64,000 bases of DNA, from NCBI GenBank assembly GCA_964016885.1, contig OZ024748.1, positions 10,168,001 to 10,232,000 on the forward strand, in the 5' to 3' direction. Below are positions 63,681 to 64,000 of the stretch, piece by piece (position 1 is the stretch's first letter; every line of letters starts with the position of its first letter). A program made the translations under genes and the position numbers. The notes beneath the pieces are model-generated. The model saw nothing but the letters and a program-made list of their open reading frames with translations. It was not told the origin of the DNA and made no database searches. This DNA is from Eledone cirrhosa (lineage: Eukaryota).

Positions 63681-64000
63681 TAGTACCACCATCACTACAA
63701 CTAGCACTACTACTACTACTACTACTACTACTTTATAAAATAATTGTTTCTACTTTTGGCACAAGGCCAGCAATTACCCAGTCCATTACTGGTACTTTAT
63801 TTTATCGACCCCGTAAGGATGAAAGGCAAAGTTAACCTCGGCGGGATTTGAACTCAGAATGGCAAAGGCCGTAACTCTATACGTCAAAGCATGGCGTCCG
63901 ACCCTCTACCGATACTGCCAATCCACCGCCCTTAATGGTTTCATCTATTGGCCACAAGGGCCGACCAGACCACACACAGACACGCACGTACACAATAAAC

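Overview
This is eukaryotic, intron-rich, microsatellite-dense DNA. The SINE/LINE repertoire and protein matches suggest a mollusc, most likely an octopod cephalopod (inference, not verified). Three spliced genes can be reconstructed with GT-AG junctions and consistent phases. (1) The 3' six exons of a GTP-dependent PEPCK (+, 24-7932). (2) A membrane-anchored 2xEGF + zona pellucida (ZP) protein resembling molluscan shell-matrix EGF-ZP proteins (+, probable start 21190, stop 44906). (3) A complete 7-exon fructose-1,6-bisphosphatase (-, 56393-48140). Two key gluconeogenic enzymes therefore lie about 40 kb apart. Most ORFs in the supplied track are microsatellite artefacts. The most striking non-coding signal is about ten loci with type I hammerhead-ribozyme motifs from several sequence-distinct families, mostly in or next to (TA)n tracts. 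Several are head-to-head fold-backs, including a near-perfect 193-bp-arm palindrome upstream of FBP, where the ribozyme always follows its own antisense copy. All five intronic cores are antisense to the host gene. A decayed Penelope-like element (RT + GIY-YIG) nearby is the likely source class. Also present: a Tx1/L1-clade LINE that appears to target (TATC)n, RTE LINEs (one with a PHD-like finger inside the RT region), a 48-bp minisatellite derived from the RTE 3' UTR, a Helitron, MITEs, SINEs, and clustered nuclear-receptor-like sites upstream of FBP. All structures were read by eye; no searches or folding programs were run.
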